Positions 26,813 through 42,100 of a DNA stretch of 64,000 nt are shown in pieces; position 1 is the stretch's first letter, and each line of letters starts with the position of its first letter. The DNA lies in the NCBI GenBank assembly GCA_016707525.1, contig JADJHP010000003.1, positions 76,677 to 140,676 of the forward strand, given 5' to 3'. The position numbers and the translations under genes were made by a program. The DNA is from Ignavibacteriota bacterium. GTDB taxonomy: Bacteria > Bacteroidota > Ignavibacteria > UBA10030 > UBA6906. The notes beneath the pieces are model-generated. The model did no database searches, was not told where the DNA came from, and was given only the letters and a program-made list of their open reading frames with translations.

Positions 26813-27601
26813 TCAGATCGTATCGAGCGCCCGGCGGAACGCCGCGGTCCACACACGGGTGCCACCCGGCGAAGGATCGCTCTCCAGCTGCCGGAGAAGT
26901 GCCGAACCCACGATCACGCCGTCGGTGTCGCGGGCAAAGGTCACCGCATCCTCAGGCCGCGAGATCCCGAATCCCACGAGCATCGGGTTGCGCGTGACAT
27001 GCGCACGCACCGCACGGACGTTGTCGAGCGCCGAACCGGCCACGGCCCCGCCGGTCACGCCGGTGGTGGACACGCAGTACACGAATCCCGACGACGCAGC
27101 ATCGATCGCACGCACGCGCGCCGGAGGCGTCGTGGGCGTCGCGAGCAAGATCCCGGCCAATCCCGCGGATGTCACCGCCGGCGCATACGAGCTCCACTCC
27201 TCCAGGGGCAGCTCGGGAAGGATCAGGCCGTCAACCCCGGCAGCAGCCGCATCGACGAAGAATCTGTCCACTCCATAGCGCATGATCGGATTGAGATATC
27301 CCATGAGCACCAGTGGGACACCGGACCGCTGCCTGATCCGTGCAACGAGTTGCAGGATCCACGGCAGGGTCACGCCGTTCGCGATCGCCGTGCCGGACGC
27401 CTTCTGGATGACCGGACCATCGGCGAGGGGGTCCGAGAACGGAACCCCGATCTCCACGATGTCCGCCCCGCCATCCTCAAGTGCGCACACGAGGTCTGCC
27501 GTTGCATCCAGTGTCGGATACCCGGCGGTGAGGAACATGGCAAGCGACCGCCTGCCCTTCGTTGCATTGCCGCTCAACCGTTCTTGGAGTTTCATCGTCA
27601 T
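26813..27601 (-). CDS. trpA: Tryptophan synthase alpha chain
   Basis: 262 aa with [17 protein letters not shown] and GFGISRPE motifs. Confidence 0.95.
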   Translation of the reverse strand: MTMKLQERLSGNATKGRRSLAMFLTAGYPTLDATADLVCALEDGGADIVEIGVPFSDPLADGPVIQKASGTAIANGVTLPWILQLVARIRQRSGVPLVLMGYLNPIMRYGVDRFFVDAAAAGVDGLILPELPLEEWSSYAPAVTSAGLAGILLATPTTPPARVRAIDAASSGFVYCVSTTGVTGGAVAGSALDNVRAVRAHVTRNPMLVGFGISRPEDAVTFARDTDGVIVGSALLRQLESDPSPGGTRVWTAAFRRALDTI

Positions 27602-28800
27602 AGGTTCGCGTATGTTGTCATATCCTTGTCACCCCGCCCCGACACGTTCACCAGGATGAGGGGTGAGCCGGTGGTGCGCGGCGCGAGCTTTTCCAGCCAT
27701 GCAAGAGCATGCGCAGACTCGAGCGCGGGGATGATCCCTTCGAGGCGGGAAAGCAGTTTCGCCGCGGCAAGGGCTTCCTGATCTGTCACGGCAACATACT
27801 CCACCCGCCCGGCATCCTTCAGCGCGCTGTGCTCGGGGCCGACGCCGGGATAGTCCAATCCCGCGGAGATCGAGTGGGCAAGTTGCACCTGTCCGTCATG
27901 GTCCTGCAGCAGATAGCTGAGGGAACCGTGCAGGACACCGGGAGCTCCCAGCGAGAGCGTCGCGGCATGCTGCCCGGACGTGAGGCCGTGCCCGGCAGCT
28001 TCGACGCCGATCATGCGTGCCCTCGTGCCCAGGAACGGCTCGAAGAGCCCGATGGCGTTGCTCCCTCCCCCGACGCACGCCAGCAGGATATCCGGATCGC
28101 GTCCTTCAGCGGCACGCACCTGCTGCATTGCCTCTTCACCGATCACGCTCTGGAAATCGCGAACGATGGCGGGGTACGGATGAGGGCCAACGACCGATCC
28201 GATGATATAGAATGTATCGCGGACGTTGGTCACCCAATCCCGGATCGCTTCGCTCGTCGCATCCTTGAGCGTGCGCGTCCCGGAATGGACCGGCACCACG
28301 CGCGCACCGAGCATTTCCATCCTGCGCACATTCAACTGCTGACGCTCGATGTCCTCGTCGCCCATGTACACATCGCAGGCAAGTCCCATCCGCGCGGCCA
28401 CCGTGGCCGTTGCCACCCCATGCTGCCCGGCACCCGTCTCGGCAATGATCCGCTTCTTCCCCGATCGTTTTGCCAGAAGGATCTGACCGATGGTGTTATT
28501 GATCTTGTGTGCCCCGGTATGGCAGAGATCCTCCCGCTTCAGGTAGATCTTCACCTTTCCGTAGTGTGCGGCAAGGCGGTCGGCGCGTGTGATCGGCGTG
28601 GGCCGCCCGGCAAAGGTCGTCAGGAGTTCGCGCAGCTCTGCCGTGAATGCCGGGTCCTTCCGCGCGTCCTGATACAACGCCTCGAGTTCGTCCAGCGCGG
28701 GAATGAGGGTCTCGGGCACATAGCGGCCACCGTACGCTCCGAAATAGCCCCGTGCATCGGGCATACCTCCGGGAGCAAGTGCAGCAGGAGCGTGTGTCAT
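27598..28800 (-). CDS. trpB: Tryptophan synthase beta chain
   Basis: 400 aa with [16 protein letters not shown] (PLP lysine) and the GGGSNAIG loop. Confidence 0.95.
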   Translation of the reverse strand: MTHAPAALAPGGMPDARGYFGAYGGRYVPETLIPALDELEALYQDARKDPAFTAELRELLTTFAGRPTPITRADRLAAHYGKVKIYLKREDLCHTGAHKINNTIGQILLAKRSGKKRIIAETGAGQHGVATATVAARMGLACDVYMGDEDIERQQLNVRRMEMLGARVVPVHSGTRTLKDATSEAIRDWVTNVRDTFYIIGSVVGPHPYPAIVRDFQSVIGEEAMQQVRAAEGRDPDILLACVGGGSNAIGLFEPFLGTRARMIGVEAAGHGLTSGQHAATLSLGAPGVLHGSLSYLLQDHDGQVQLAHSISAGLDYPGVGPEHSALKDAGRVEYVAVTDQEALAAAKLLSRLEGIIPALESAHALAWLEKLAPRTTGSPLILVNVSGRGDKDMTTYANL

Positions 28801-29828
28801 GTGGTGCTTCCTTCGTTCAGTGTTCTTCCAACCACCGGCGCGAGCCGGCGGATATCATCCATCAGCGCAGCAAAGCGGGATGGTTTCAAGGACTGTGCGC
28901 CATCCGAAAGTGCGGCAGCAGGATCCGGATGGACCTCGATCATCAGCCCATCCGCCCCCGCCGCGATCGCGGCCATGCTCATCGCCGGAACAGCTTCCCA
29001 GATCCCGACACCGTGACTCGGATCCACGATCACAGGCAGGTGGGTGAGCCGCTTGAGGACGGGGATCGCATTCAGATCCAGCGTGTTCCGTGTCGCCGTT
29101 TCGAACGTCCGGATCCCCCGCTCGCACAGGATGATCTGCAGGTTGCCGCGGCTCGCGATGTACTCTGCCGCCATCAGCAGTTCCTCGATCGTCGCGGCGA
29201 TGCCGCGTTTGAGCAGCACCGGTATGCGGAGTTCGCCGACGGCCTCCAGGAGACTGAAATTGCTCATGTTCCGTGCGCCGATCTGCAGCACGTCCGCCAC
29301 TTCCGCCACGGCGGGGAGGGTGCCCGTATCCTTCACTTCCGTCACGATCGCAAGCCCCGTCTTCTCGCGCGCCTCGCGGAGAAGGACCAATCCTTCTTCC
29401 TTCATGCCCTGAAAACTATACGGCGACGAACGTGGTTTGAATGCGCCGCCCCGCAAGAACTGTGCACCTGCCGACTTCACGTTTCGCGCAACGGTAACGA
29501 TCTGCTCCCGGCTCTCCACCGAGCAGGGCCCGGCCATCACCGCAAGTTCGGGCCCTCCAATGCTCGCTGTCCCGACCTTGATCACGCTGCTCTCCGGCCT
29601 CGCCTCACGACCGACGAGCTTGTACGGCTTGGAAACCGGTATCGCCCGTTCCACACCGGGCAGGATCGTGAACACATCCGCGGCGATCGCGCCGTGATTA
29701 CCGGTGATGCCGATGGCCGTCCGCTCCGCCCCGGGTATCTCGTGGGCCCGGAATCCGAGATCGCCGATCTTCAGCATCACTTCCCGGACCTGGTCCGGCG
29801 TCGCATCCTGTCGCATCAGGACGAGCAT
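28797..29828 (-). CDS. aroF: 3-deoxy-7-phosphoheptulonate (DAHP) synthase, class I-beta with N-terminal regulatory domain
   Basis: 343 aa with [29 protein letters not shown] and VDPSH motifs. The ~70-aa N-terminal ferredoxin-like extension resembles Thermotoga-type enzymes. The gene is embedded in the trp operon with 4-nt overlaps. Confidence 0.9.
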   Translation of the reverse strand: MLVLMRQDATPDQVREVMLKIGDLGFRAHEIPGAERTAIGITGNHGAIAADVFTILPGVERAIPVSKPYKLVGREARPESSVIKVGTASIGGPELAVMAGPCSVESREQIVTVARNVKSAGAQFLRGGAFKPRSSPYSFQGMKEEGLVLLREAREKTGLAIVTEVKDTGTLPAVAEVADVLQIGARNMSNFSLLEAVGELRIPVLLKRGIAATIEELLMAAEYIASRGNLQIILCERGIRTFETATRNTLDLNAIPVLKRLTHLPVIVDPSHGVGIWEAVPAMSMAAIAAGADGLMIEVHPDPAAALSDGAQSLKPSRFAALMDDIRRLAPVVGRTLNEGSTT

Positions 29829-29831
29829 CTG

Positions 29832-30476
29832 TCATCTCCCTTGTGCTTCACGTGAACGATCCCATGCCAACGCCTTGAGTGCCGCATGGACGAACGCCCT
29901 CACCTTCTCATGATCCTTGATACCCGGCGCCACTTCCACGCCGCTGCTCACGTCCACACCCATGGGACGTGCTTGTCTGATCGCTTCCGCAACATTCGCC
30001 GGCGAGAGTCCGCCGCCCAGGATCACGGGCCCATGCCCGGCAGCCGCCCGTGCGATGCTCCAATCGAACACCTGGCCGGTACCGCCATGCACACCGGCAA
30101 CGAAGGTGTCCAGCACGTGGGCATCCACGCGATATGTTCCCACGCTGGCCGGATCGAAATCGGGTCCCACACGGTGTGCCTTCAGGACGCGGACCGGCAG
30201 GCCTTCCGTCTCCGCCGGCGACTCCTCCCCATGCAATTGTACCGCCTTCACCCCGCTCCTCCGGATCGCATCGAGGATCGCGGCGCGTGGCGCATTGACG
30301 AACACGCCGACCGTCACGATATCATTCGGGATGGACCGGACGATGTCCGCAACGGCATCAGGGCTGATGCACCGCTTACTCGAAGGCACGAAAATGAAGC
30401 CCAGCATGTCGGCACCCGCATCGAGCGCGCACAGGGCATCGTCACGCCTGGTGATCCCGCAGATCTTCACCCTCAT
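29832..30476 (-). CDS. trpF: Phosphoribosylanthranilate isomerase
   Basis: 214 aa. VKICGITR N-terminus and LAGGL-like GGGLSPANV. Confidence 0.9.
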   Translation of the reverse strand: MRVKICGITRRDDALCALDAGADMLGFIFVPSSKRCISPDAVADIVRSIPNDIVTVGVFVNAPRAAILDAIRRSGVKAVQLHGEESPAETEGLPVRVLKAHRVGPDFDPASVGTYRVDAHVLDTFVAGVHGGTGQVFDWSIARAAAGHGPVILGGGLSPANVAEAIRQARPMGVDVSSGVEVAPGIKDHEKVRAFVHAALKALAWDRSREAQGR

Positions 30477-31261
30477 GCGCGGACCCCGGCAAGCACGTCC
30501 CGGAGTGCCTCACCGGGATCGGGAGCCCGCATGAACCCTTCGCCGATCAGGAATGCATCGATGTTGTGGGACCGCAGCATGCGTATATCTGCAGCGGACT
30601 GGATACCTGACTCGCTCACGCAGACCACATCGGAACCGATCAGGCCGCGCAGTCGCACCGACGTCTGCATATCCGTCGCAAATGTCGCAAGGTCACGATT
30701 GTTGATCCCGACCACGGGGAATCTTCCGCCCTCCAGCGCACCCACTTCCTCTTCATTGTGCACTTCCACGAGGACGCCGAGGCCGAGTTCATCGGCAAGG
30801 GCTTTGAGCTCATTCAGCAGGATGCGGTCCAGGGCGGCGACGATGAGCAGGACCGCATCGGCCTGGTACGCTCGCGCTTCATGAAGTTGATAGGGGTCAA
30901 GGATGAAATCCTTGCGGAGGACAGGCACCGCATGTCCTGCACGAGCAAGCGCCATGTAGTCCAGATGGCCCTGGAAGAACGGAACATCCGTGAGCACGGA
31001 GAGCGCCGCGGCGCCCGCCGCTACATACGACCGTGCGATCGCCGGTACGTCCATATCAGCGCGGATGACGCCCCGGGAGGGCGATGCTGCCTTGATCTCC
31101 GCGATGACCGCGGGGGAACGTTGGCGCAGGGCAAGTTCGAATGGCCGGCGGGGCACGTGATAGCCGGGCATATCCATCAGTGCGGCAAGCGGGGCCCTCT
31201 GCTTACGGGCGTCCAGGTCCTCCTGTGTGCGCCGGAGGATCGCGTCGAGATAGGTGCTCAT
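30473..31261 (-). CDS. trpC: Indole-3-glycerol phosphate synthase
   Basis: 262 aa with VIAEIKAASPS, LRKDFI and VGINNRDL motifs. Confidence 0.95.
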   Translation of the reverse strand: MSTYLDAILRRTQEDLDARKQRAPLAALMDMPGYHVPRRPFELALRQRSPAVIAEIKAASPSRGVIRADMDVPAIARSYVAAGAAALSVLTDVPFFQGHLDYMALARAGHAVPVLRKDFILDPYQLHEARAYQADAVLLIVAALDRILLNELKALADELGLGVLVEVHNEEEVGALEGGRFPVVGINNRDLATFATDMQTSVRLRGLIGSDVVCVSESGIQSAADIRMLRSHNIDAFLIGEGFMRAPDPGEALRDVLAGVRA

Positions 31262-32271
31262 GCTCTGTTCGTGAACTCCACCAGTGCCTTGAGGGTTGCC
31301 AGCGCGCGGCCCGAGTCGATCGCTTCCGCCGCGAGGCGTGTCCCGGCCGTCAGGTCGGCGGCCTTGCCTGCCACAAAGATCCCCATCCCTGCGTTGGCGA
31401 GAACGATATCACGACCCGGAACCGGTTCGGCCTGGAGGATGCTGAGCGCAATACGGGCATTTGTTTCAGGATCCCCACCCTTCACGGCGTCGTGCGGCGC
31501 TGTCGCAAGCCCGAAATCGGAAGCTTCGACGATATACCTGCGCACAGGCCGATCCCCTCCCACCTCGTGGACCGACGTCGGCCGTGCGAGGCTCACTTCA
31601 TCCATCCCGTCATCGCTGTGGATCACGCACGCTTTGTCCGTGTCCAGCACGTGCAGCGCACCGGCGAGCCGCCGGGCCACATCATGATGATAGGTCCCGA
31701 GCACCTGGCGCCGCACGCTGGCAGGGTTGGTGATCGGACCGAGCATATTGAAGATGGTCCTGACGCCAAGCTCCTGACGCGCTTTCGCCGCGAACTTCAT
31801 CGCGGGATGGAACAACGGAGCGAACAGGAACCCGATCCCGACGGTATTCACGCACGCCTCCACGCGGTCCGGTGCCAGTTGTGTCTTCACGCCGAGCGCA
31901 GCGAGCACATCGGCGCTGCCGCTGCGGCTCGACACGGAGCGGTTGCCGTGCTTCGCAACGGTCACGCCCGCGCCGGCAGCCACGAGCGCGGCCACCGTGG
32001 AGATATTGAACGTATCGCGTCCATCCCCACCGGTACCGCACATATCGATGGCGTCGCCATCGTCGGTGGTGATCCGGACCGCATGGGCACGCATCGTTCG
32101 CGCGAACCCGACGACCTCGGATTCGCTCTCCCCTTTTGCGCGGAGTGCGATGAGCAATCCGGCGATCTGCGCATCCGTAGCGGTGCCGCTCATGATCCTC
32201 TCCAGGGCATCCGCTGCCTCGTCGATCGACAGGTCCTGCTTCTCCAGACACTTCTCGATATAGTGCTTCAT
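31258..32271 (-). CDS. trpD: Anthranilate phosphoribosyltransferase
   Basis: 337 aa with CGTGGDG, KHGNRSVSS and NMLGPLTNP-like (NMLGPITNP) motifs. Confidence 0.95.
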   Translation of the reverse strand: MKHYIEKCLEKQDLSIDEAADALERIMSGTATDAQIAGLLIALRAKGESESEVVGFARTMRAHAVRITTDDGDAIDMCGTGGDGRDTFNISTVAALVAAGAGVTVAKHGNRSVSSRSGSADVLAALGVKTQLAPDRVEACVNTVGIGFLFAPLFHPAMKFAAKARQELGVRTIFNMLGPITNPASVRRQVLGTYHHDVARRLAGALHVLDTDKACVIHSDDGMDEVSLARPTSVHEVGGDRPVRRYIVEASDFGLATAPHDAVKGGDPETNARIALSILQAEPVPGRDIVLANAGMGIFVAGKAADLTAGTRLAAEAIDSGRALATLKALVEFTNRA

Positions 32272-32837
32272 GACAGCCTCTCCACCCAGTTCCTGAGAAT
32301 TTGCATGCCCTCTGTGGTCAGGATCGATTCGGGGTGGAATTGCACGCCTTCCACCGGCAACGTCCTGTGACGCACGCCCATGATCACGCCATCCTCGGTC
32401 TCCGCGGTGATCTCCAGAGCATCAGGCAGCGAGGAACGCTCGACGACCAACGAATGGTAGCGCGTCGCATCGAAGGGATCCGACACGCCCCGGTACAGCG
32501 ACGTTCCGTGATGCCGCACGCGCGATGTCCGTCCGTGCATCAGCGACGGCGCGTGGATGACGGATCCGCCGAAGGCGGCGCCGATCGCCTGATGGCCGAG
32601 GCAGACGCCGAAGAGCGGGAACGAGGTACTACAGTGGCGGATGACGTCAAGGGTGACGCCGGCATCCTCCGGTCGGCCGGGGCCGGGGGACAACAGGATC
32701 CCGTCCGGCGCCAATGTTGTGATCTCGTCGACGGTCACGGCATCGTTGCGGCGCACCAAGAGATCGGTGCGGAAGGTGCCGAGTGCCTGCACGAGATTGA
32801 ACGTGAAGGAATCATAGTTGTCGATCACGAGGATCAT
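32268..32837 (-). CDS. trpG: Anthranilate synthase component II (glutamine amidotransferase)
   Basis: 189 aa with ILVIDNYDSFTFNL, GVCLGHQ and the FHPES triad region. Confidence 0.93.
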   Translation of the reverse strand: MILVIDNYDSFTFNLVQALGTFRTDLLVRRNDAVTVDEITTLAPDGILLSPGPGRPEDAGVTLDVIRHCSTSFPLFGVCLGHQAIGAAFGGSVIHAPSLMHGRTSRVRHHGTSLYRGVSDPFDATRYHSLVVERSSLPDALEITAETEDGVIMGVRHRTLPVEGVQFHPESILTTEGMQILRNWVERLS

Positions 32838-34324
32838 TGTGCACCTTCCTCCTGCCCGTCGGGCGCGGCGAGCCCGCGTGAGGCGAGACGTATCGCCTCC
32901 ATGAGCACCCGCGCCTTGTTGACCGTTTCGTCGTATTCATTCGACGGCACGGAGTCGGCAACGATCCCCGCGCCCGCCTGCAGCTTCAACGTTTGTCCAT
33001 GCGCGAACACCGTGCGTATCGCGATACAGGTATCCATCGTGCCGTCCATGCCGAAATACCCCACGGCGCCTGCGTACGCTCCACGCGGAAAGGGTTCGAG
33101 GTCAGCGATGATCTCCATCGCACGCACCTTCGGGGCACCCGAGACCGTCCCTGCAGGGAAGCACGATTCAAAGATGCCCACCGCGTCGATGTCCGGACGG
33201 ATCCGGCCGCGCACTTCCGAAACGATGTGCATCACATGCGAATAGCGGTCCACGCGCTTGAAGACCGGCACTTCCACGGAACCGTACTCGGAGACCCGGC
33301 CAACGTCGTTGCGCCCGAGGTCCACAAGCATCACATGCTCGGCAAGTTCCTTGGGATCGGCGAGAAGGTCCAGTTCAAGACGTTTGTCGTCGGCTTCATC
33401 CACACCGCGGCGCCGGGTACCGGCGATCGGCAGAAGCTCCACTGTGCCGCCGTGTGCCTGGATGAGCATTTCCGGCGAAGAGCCGGCGAGTTTGGTAGCG
33501 CCGAAATCCAGGAAGAAAAGGTACGGGGATGGATTGATGATGCGCAGGGAACGATAGACGGCAAAGAGATCGCCGGTGAACGTACTGCGTGTCCTTCGTG
33601 AGAGCACCACCTGAAAGATATCGCCTTCGGTGATGTGTTCTTTCGCACGAAGCACGGCCTGCTCGAACCCCGCGCGGTCCGGTTCACCCGCTCCATCCAT
33701 CGCACAACTGAACGGCGTGGCCGGTGCGGTCACTCTCCGCAGGCGGAGTTCCAGCGCAGACAGGGCGGCCTTCCCCGATTCGTACTGGTCTTCCAGTGGC
33801 GCCGCCGGGTCGATGAAGACATTGTGCATGAGCGTCATGACCTGCCGGTGATGGTCGAACTGCACGACCGAGCCGAACAGGCCGAGGATCGCATCGGGCT
33901 CCTCACCCGCTGCGGGCGTGATAGGTATCCGTTCGATGTGCCTGACGCAGTTGTACCCGATGTATCCCACAAGTCCGCCAAGCAGCCCGTGGGGCTCCTG
34001 CACCGGTGCGATCCTGTGCGGTGCGAGGATACTGCGGATGACGGAGAACAGCGGGCCCTGCACCTCCTCCGTTCCCCTGGCATCGCGCACGGTCACCGAT
34101 CCGTTGCGGGCTTCGAGGATCACCCGCGGACGCGTGCCGATGAACGAAAAGCGTCCGATCTTTTCGTTCGGTTCGACGCTCTCCAGGATGAAGGACGGCA
34201 CCCCCTCTTCACGGAGCGTGAGGTAGGTCAGGACCGGGGTCAAGGTATCCGCCACCAGGGTCCGCACGAGCGGGATCACGGTGTACGAAGCTGCCAGTTG
34301 CCTGAATGTTGCGAACGGTATCAT
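32834..34324 (-). CDS. trpE: Anthranilate synthase component I
   Basis: ORF 32834..34384 trimmed to the ATG at 34324 (MIPFATFRQL...) with GGGAGG just upstream; the longer version would read through the attenuator hairpin. Chorismate-binding motifs GAYAGAVGYF and IRT are present. Confidence 0.93.
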   Translation of the reverse strand: MIPFATFRQLAASYTVIPLVRTLVADTLTPVLTYLTLREEGVPSFILESVEPNEKIGRFSFIGTRPRVILEARNGSVTVRDARGTEEVQGPLFSVIRSILAPHRIAPVQEPHGLLGGLVGYIGYNCVRHIERIPITPAAGEEPDAILGLFGSVVQFDHHRQVMTLMHNVFIDPAAPLEDQYESGKAALSALELRLRRVTAPATPFSCAMDGAGEPDRAGFEQAVLRAKEHITEGDIFQVVLSRRTRSTFTGDLFAVYRSLRIINPSPYLFFLDFGATKLAGSSPEMLIQAHGGTVELLPIAGTRRRGVDEADDKRLELDLLADPKELAEHVMLVDLGRNDVGRVSEYGSVEVPVFKRVDRYSHVMHIVSEVRGRIRPDIDAVGIFESCFPAGTVSGAPKVRAMEIIADLEPFPRGAYAGAVGYFGMDGTMDTCIAIRTVFAHGQTLKLQAGAGIVADSVPSNEYDETVNKARVLMEAIRLASRGLAAPDGQEEGAQ

Positions 34325-34336
34325 GGACCTCCCATA

Positions 34337-34400
34337 AAAACGAAAAAACCCTTCCTGGCTGTCAGGAAGGGTTGTGCATGGCACAACGATGGAAAAGACA
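34337..34400 (-). promoter_or_regulatory. trp attenuator: 7-bp hairpin (34372..34388), then an 11-bp terminator hairpin (34348..34374) and a U-tract (34337..34347)
   Basis: Minus strand reads GTTGTGC-CAT-GCACAAC, then AACCCTTCCTG-ACAGC-CAGGAAGGGTT followed by TTTTTTCGTTTTT, ending 12 nt before the trpE ATG. The leader-stop region CAGGAGGTT is partly complementary to the 5' terminator arm. Confidence 0.7.
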
Positions 34401-34484
34401 CTAACCTCCTGCAGGTTGCGGGCTCATCATCGTGCGCCACCACCAGGACGACAGGTTTGTGCGATATGCGTTGACGGATTTCAT
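34401..34484 (-). CDS. trpL: trp operon leader peptide, 27 codons with three consecutive Trp codons
   Basis: Hand translation of the minus strand gives ATG AAA TCC GTC AAC GCA TAT CGC ACA AAC CTG TCG TCC TGG TGG TGG CGC ACG ATG ATG AGC CCG CAA CCT GCA GGA GGT TAG = MKSVNAYRTNLSSWWWRTMMSPQPAGG*. The UGG triplet is at 34445..34437. Too short for the supplied ORF track. Confidence 0.7.
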   Translation of the reverse strand: MKSVNAYRTNLSSWWWRTMMSPQPAGG

Positions 34485-34492
34485 GATGGTGC

Positions 34493-34521
34493 AATATACG
34501 TGCAGAGGGGTGTCGTGTCAA
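34493..34521 (-). promoter_or_regulatory. Near-consensus sigma-70-type promoter of the trp operon (TTGACA-17 nt-TATATT)
   Basis: Minus strand has TTGACA (34521..34516), a 17-nt spacer and TATATT (34498..34493). Only 8 nt separate the -10 hexamer from the leader ATG. Confidence 0.55.
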
Positions 34522-34542
34522 GCGAAAAGTGGCAACGCGGTG

Positions 34543-38943
<4,401 letters not shown>

Positions 38944-39119
38944 GGTTCCCAGTTGAGCTGTGGCCGATATCAGCCCAATGGCTGATGATGGTCGACGGCT
39001 TTCCCCCCGCGTTCAGGAATTGCGCCTTCTGCGACAGGGCGAGCAGGGGGAACCGCCTTTTCATGAACTATCTGCCTCCAGGAACGCAATCATCATGCCA
39101 TTGTCACTCTATTGTATGC

Positions 39120-42100
39120 CTATTGGCTGAATTTCCACTCAAGAACGCCCGAGGAAAGGCCCTTCTGGAGCTGAACTTCCATGCGCAAACCTCTGGTCGT
39201 GACCGGTGTGAAGCGGACGACATTGAGCGCGTCCTTCTCCGTTGCATATGCCGACTGCGCCTGAACAGGAACCCACGCATCACCCGCCCGATAGAGGATC
39301 CGCCATGACTGCGGTACCCGGGAGAAACCATCGACTCCATCGTCGAACCAATACACGGAGCAGGAGGAAACCGACTGCTCTGATGGGAGATCGTACTGGA
39401 TCCACTCCGCGGTCCCCTTGTGATCCCACCAGCTCATGCGCGTGATGCTCTCATCGTTCGAAGCCTTCGGCTCGAAGCCATCGGCGACCGCTTCAGGATC
39501 TTCATATCGATTGATATACGAGTAACTGATCGTGAACGGGATCGGACGCGGGCGTTGCGGCGGCACCCATTCCACCCCCCGCGCATCCGTCGTCACCGTG
39601 GGGAACGATGTGATACGGAGCCGCGCCGTACCCATGGGCACGAGCGTGAGCGGTTCTTCAGGTGCGGCCGTACGTGCTGGACTCTTCTGCAGTGGCCCGA
39701 CCAGGTTACGGTAGTCGGCCTGCCACCCATCGATCCTCCGTCCCGTGGCCTTGATCACGAACGGCAATGCCGCAGGGGTCCAGGGGAGCGCATGCGGATC
39801 CGGCGTGCGGGGTTCGACGGTGAACGACCGGGCTGCATCCACGGAGTCGAGCACCAGGCCGTAGTTCCAGGCCGTCGTGGGGAACACTTCCCACTCCGGC
39901 CACGCGGTGTTGGTGCCGTACTTTTCCCACCGTTCGCCGATGCTCAGGGAGAAGGTCAACGGGCCGCGATTCACGGACACGGAGTTCTGATTCTTCTCCC
40001 ACCGTTGTACCTGCAGCGGCATCGCGAAGGTGATCACGACCTCGTCACCCGGCGACCACTGCCTGTCGATGCAAGCGAACATCCCGCCGGATGAAGGCAA
40101 TGCGGTCGCGGCGCCATTGATGCTGACCGATGCCTCCGCGCACCAGCCGGGGATGCGGACGTAGAGCGGAAAGCGTACTTTCTTCGCCGGTGTCACGCGC
40201 AATCGAACCACACCGTCGTAGGGATAGTCCGTCCGCTCCTCGATGCCCACGGCGATGCCATCTCCTACCACCGCGCGCACCTGCGAGGGAGCGTAGAGAG
40301 AGGCGCACAGGCCGCCATCACGCGTCGCAAGCCACATCTCCTCTGCGAAGTACGGCCAGCCATGGGCGACGTTGTGCTGGCAACAGCGGTAGGTCTGGAA
40401 AGGACTGTACGAGAACATCGTGCCGCCGTTCTGGATCCCCGGCGTCTTCAGCTCCTTGTCCAGTTGCACCTGATTGGCACAGGTAAGATAGTGCAACCCC
40501 TTCTGGTCCGGTGTGAGGGCCACGGGCAGGCTGTTGAACGCGAGCTCTTCGCAGCGGTCGGACCAGACCGTACCGCCGCCCGTACGCGTGAGCATTTCGA
40601 AGCTGTGCATGAACTCCACGATCCCGCATGTCTCAAATCCCTGACGGGGGTCGATGAAGCCGGGCCGCGCATTCTCATCGGCCGCGAAACCGCCGCCGGG
40701 AAATTGGCCGTACATCCCGCGGACCTGGCGGTAGTTCCGCTCCACGGCATGCAAGAGGGAGAAGTCGCGCGCCACCGGATAGTACATCGCCGGGCCACGG
40801 AACCCCTGGGCGATGTTCACATTGTGCCAGTTCACGACCGTGGAGTCCCACCGCGACATGTTACGATGCATCTTCCCCGCAAGGTCGAGCAGCCACACTC
40901 TCCCCGTTCGGTTGTACAGCCACACCACGCTCTCGATGTTGTCTCCCATCCTCGTCTTGGGCCAGTAGCCCTCACCGAAGGCCGTCTCCGGAAGCGTGTT
41001 CTCCCATGCGAAGTACTTCTCCATGAACGGGATCACGCGCGGGTCTGCGGTATATTCATAGTAGGATTGCAGGACGTTGAGCATGACCATGTGCGGCCAG
41101 AGATCGGGCTTCCCCTCGAGCGAGGTGAGCAGATCGCGCGGGCCGAACCAGCCGTCCTCGCGTTGCGACGAGAGCATCGCCTCGATCCAGAAACGTGCCT
41201 TGCGCTGTATGGAGGTATCCCCGAGGACGTAGCCGAGATCCCCATACCCTTTCAACCAGTACGGGAGTTCCTCCCACCCGCGCGAGCCCTTTCCCTCTGC
41301 GTTCGCCCACGCGCTCGTTGAAGGATCGAGCCAGGGAGAGATCTCGGCCAGGTGCCCGACCATGCCATCGCGTTCGATCTCCAGCATCCGCTGGAGCCAC
41401 CCTTCGGGCCTGATGCTTCCGATCGGCAACCGCGTCATCGGCGTGCCCACAAGGGGTGGCCGGTTCCACTGGCTCCCCGTCGAGGTGTGCGGCGGATCGA
41501 TCACGGCATGCAGGGAGATGCCGTTCGCAGGCGCGGGAGGAGTGATCGCACCACGGTTCGCTTCAGCGACCAGGTGCGCCGGTGCCTTGACGACCATCCT
41601 GTCGTAGGTCATCAGGCCGTTACATTCCACCTCGACGTCCGTGATCTGCGTGTACACCGCGGCACAGAGCCCATCGGTATCTTTGAGCCGGCGTACCGAA
41701 CCGAGGAACTGTGCATACGTGGACGTCAGTTCCTCTGCATCCTTCATCCCCTTGTATCCCCAGTGCTCCTTTTTCCACGTGTGTCCGGGCAGGGCGAGGC
41801 CAAGTCCTCCGAACTCGCCGAGGACGATCGCGCGTGCCGATTCCGCGATCGGCGCCGCCGGTTTCGGGTAGGAATGAATGTCCATGACATCGCCGGCATT
41901 CTTGTCGGTCCAACCGCTGGCATTGTTCACCAGCCGCGCCGGATCGAGCTGCTTCACATGGGCCGTCAGACGTTCGGTGTCGTACTGCCCCCACCCTTCA
42001 TTGAAGACCACCCACATGATGATGGACGGATGGTTCCGGTGCGTCGCCACGAGCCGGTCGAGTTCGGCCTCGAACTGGGTCCGCGAAGCAGGGGTGGTGT

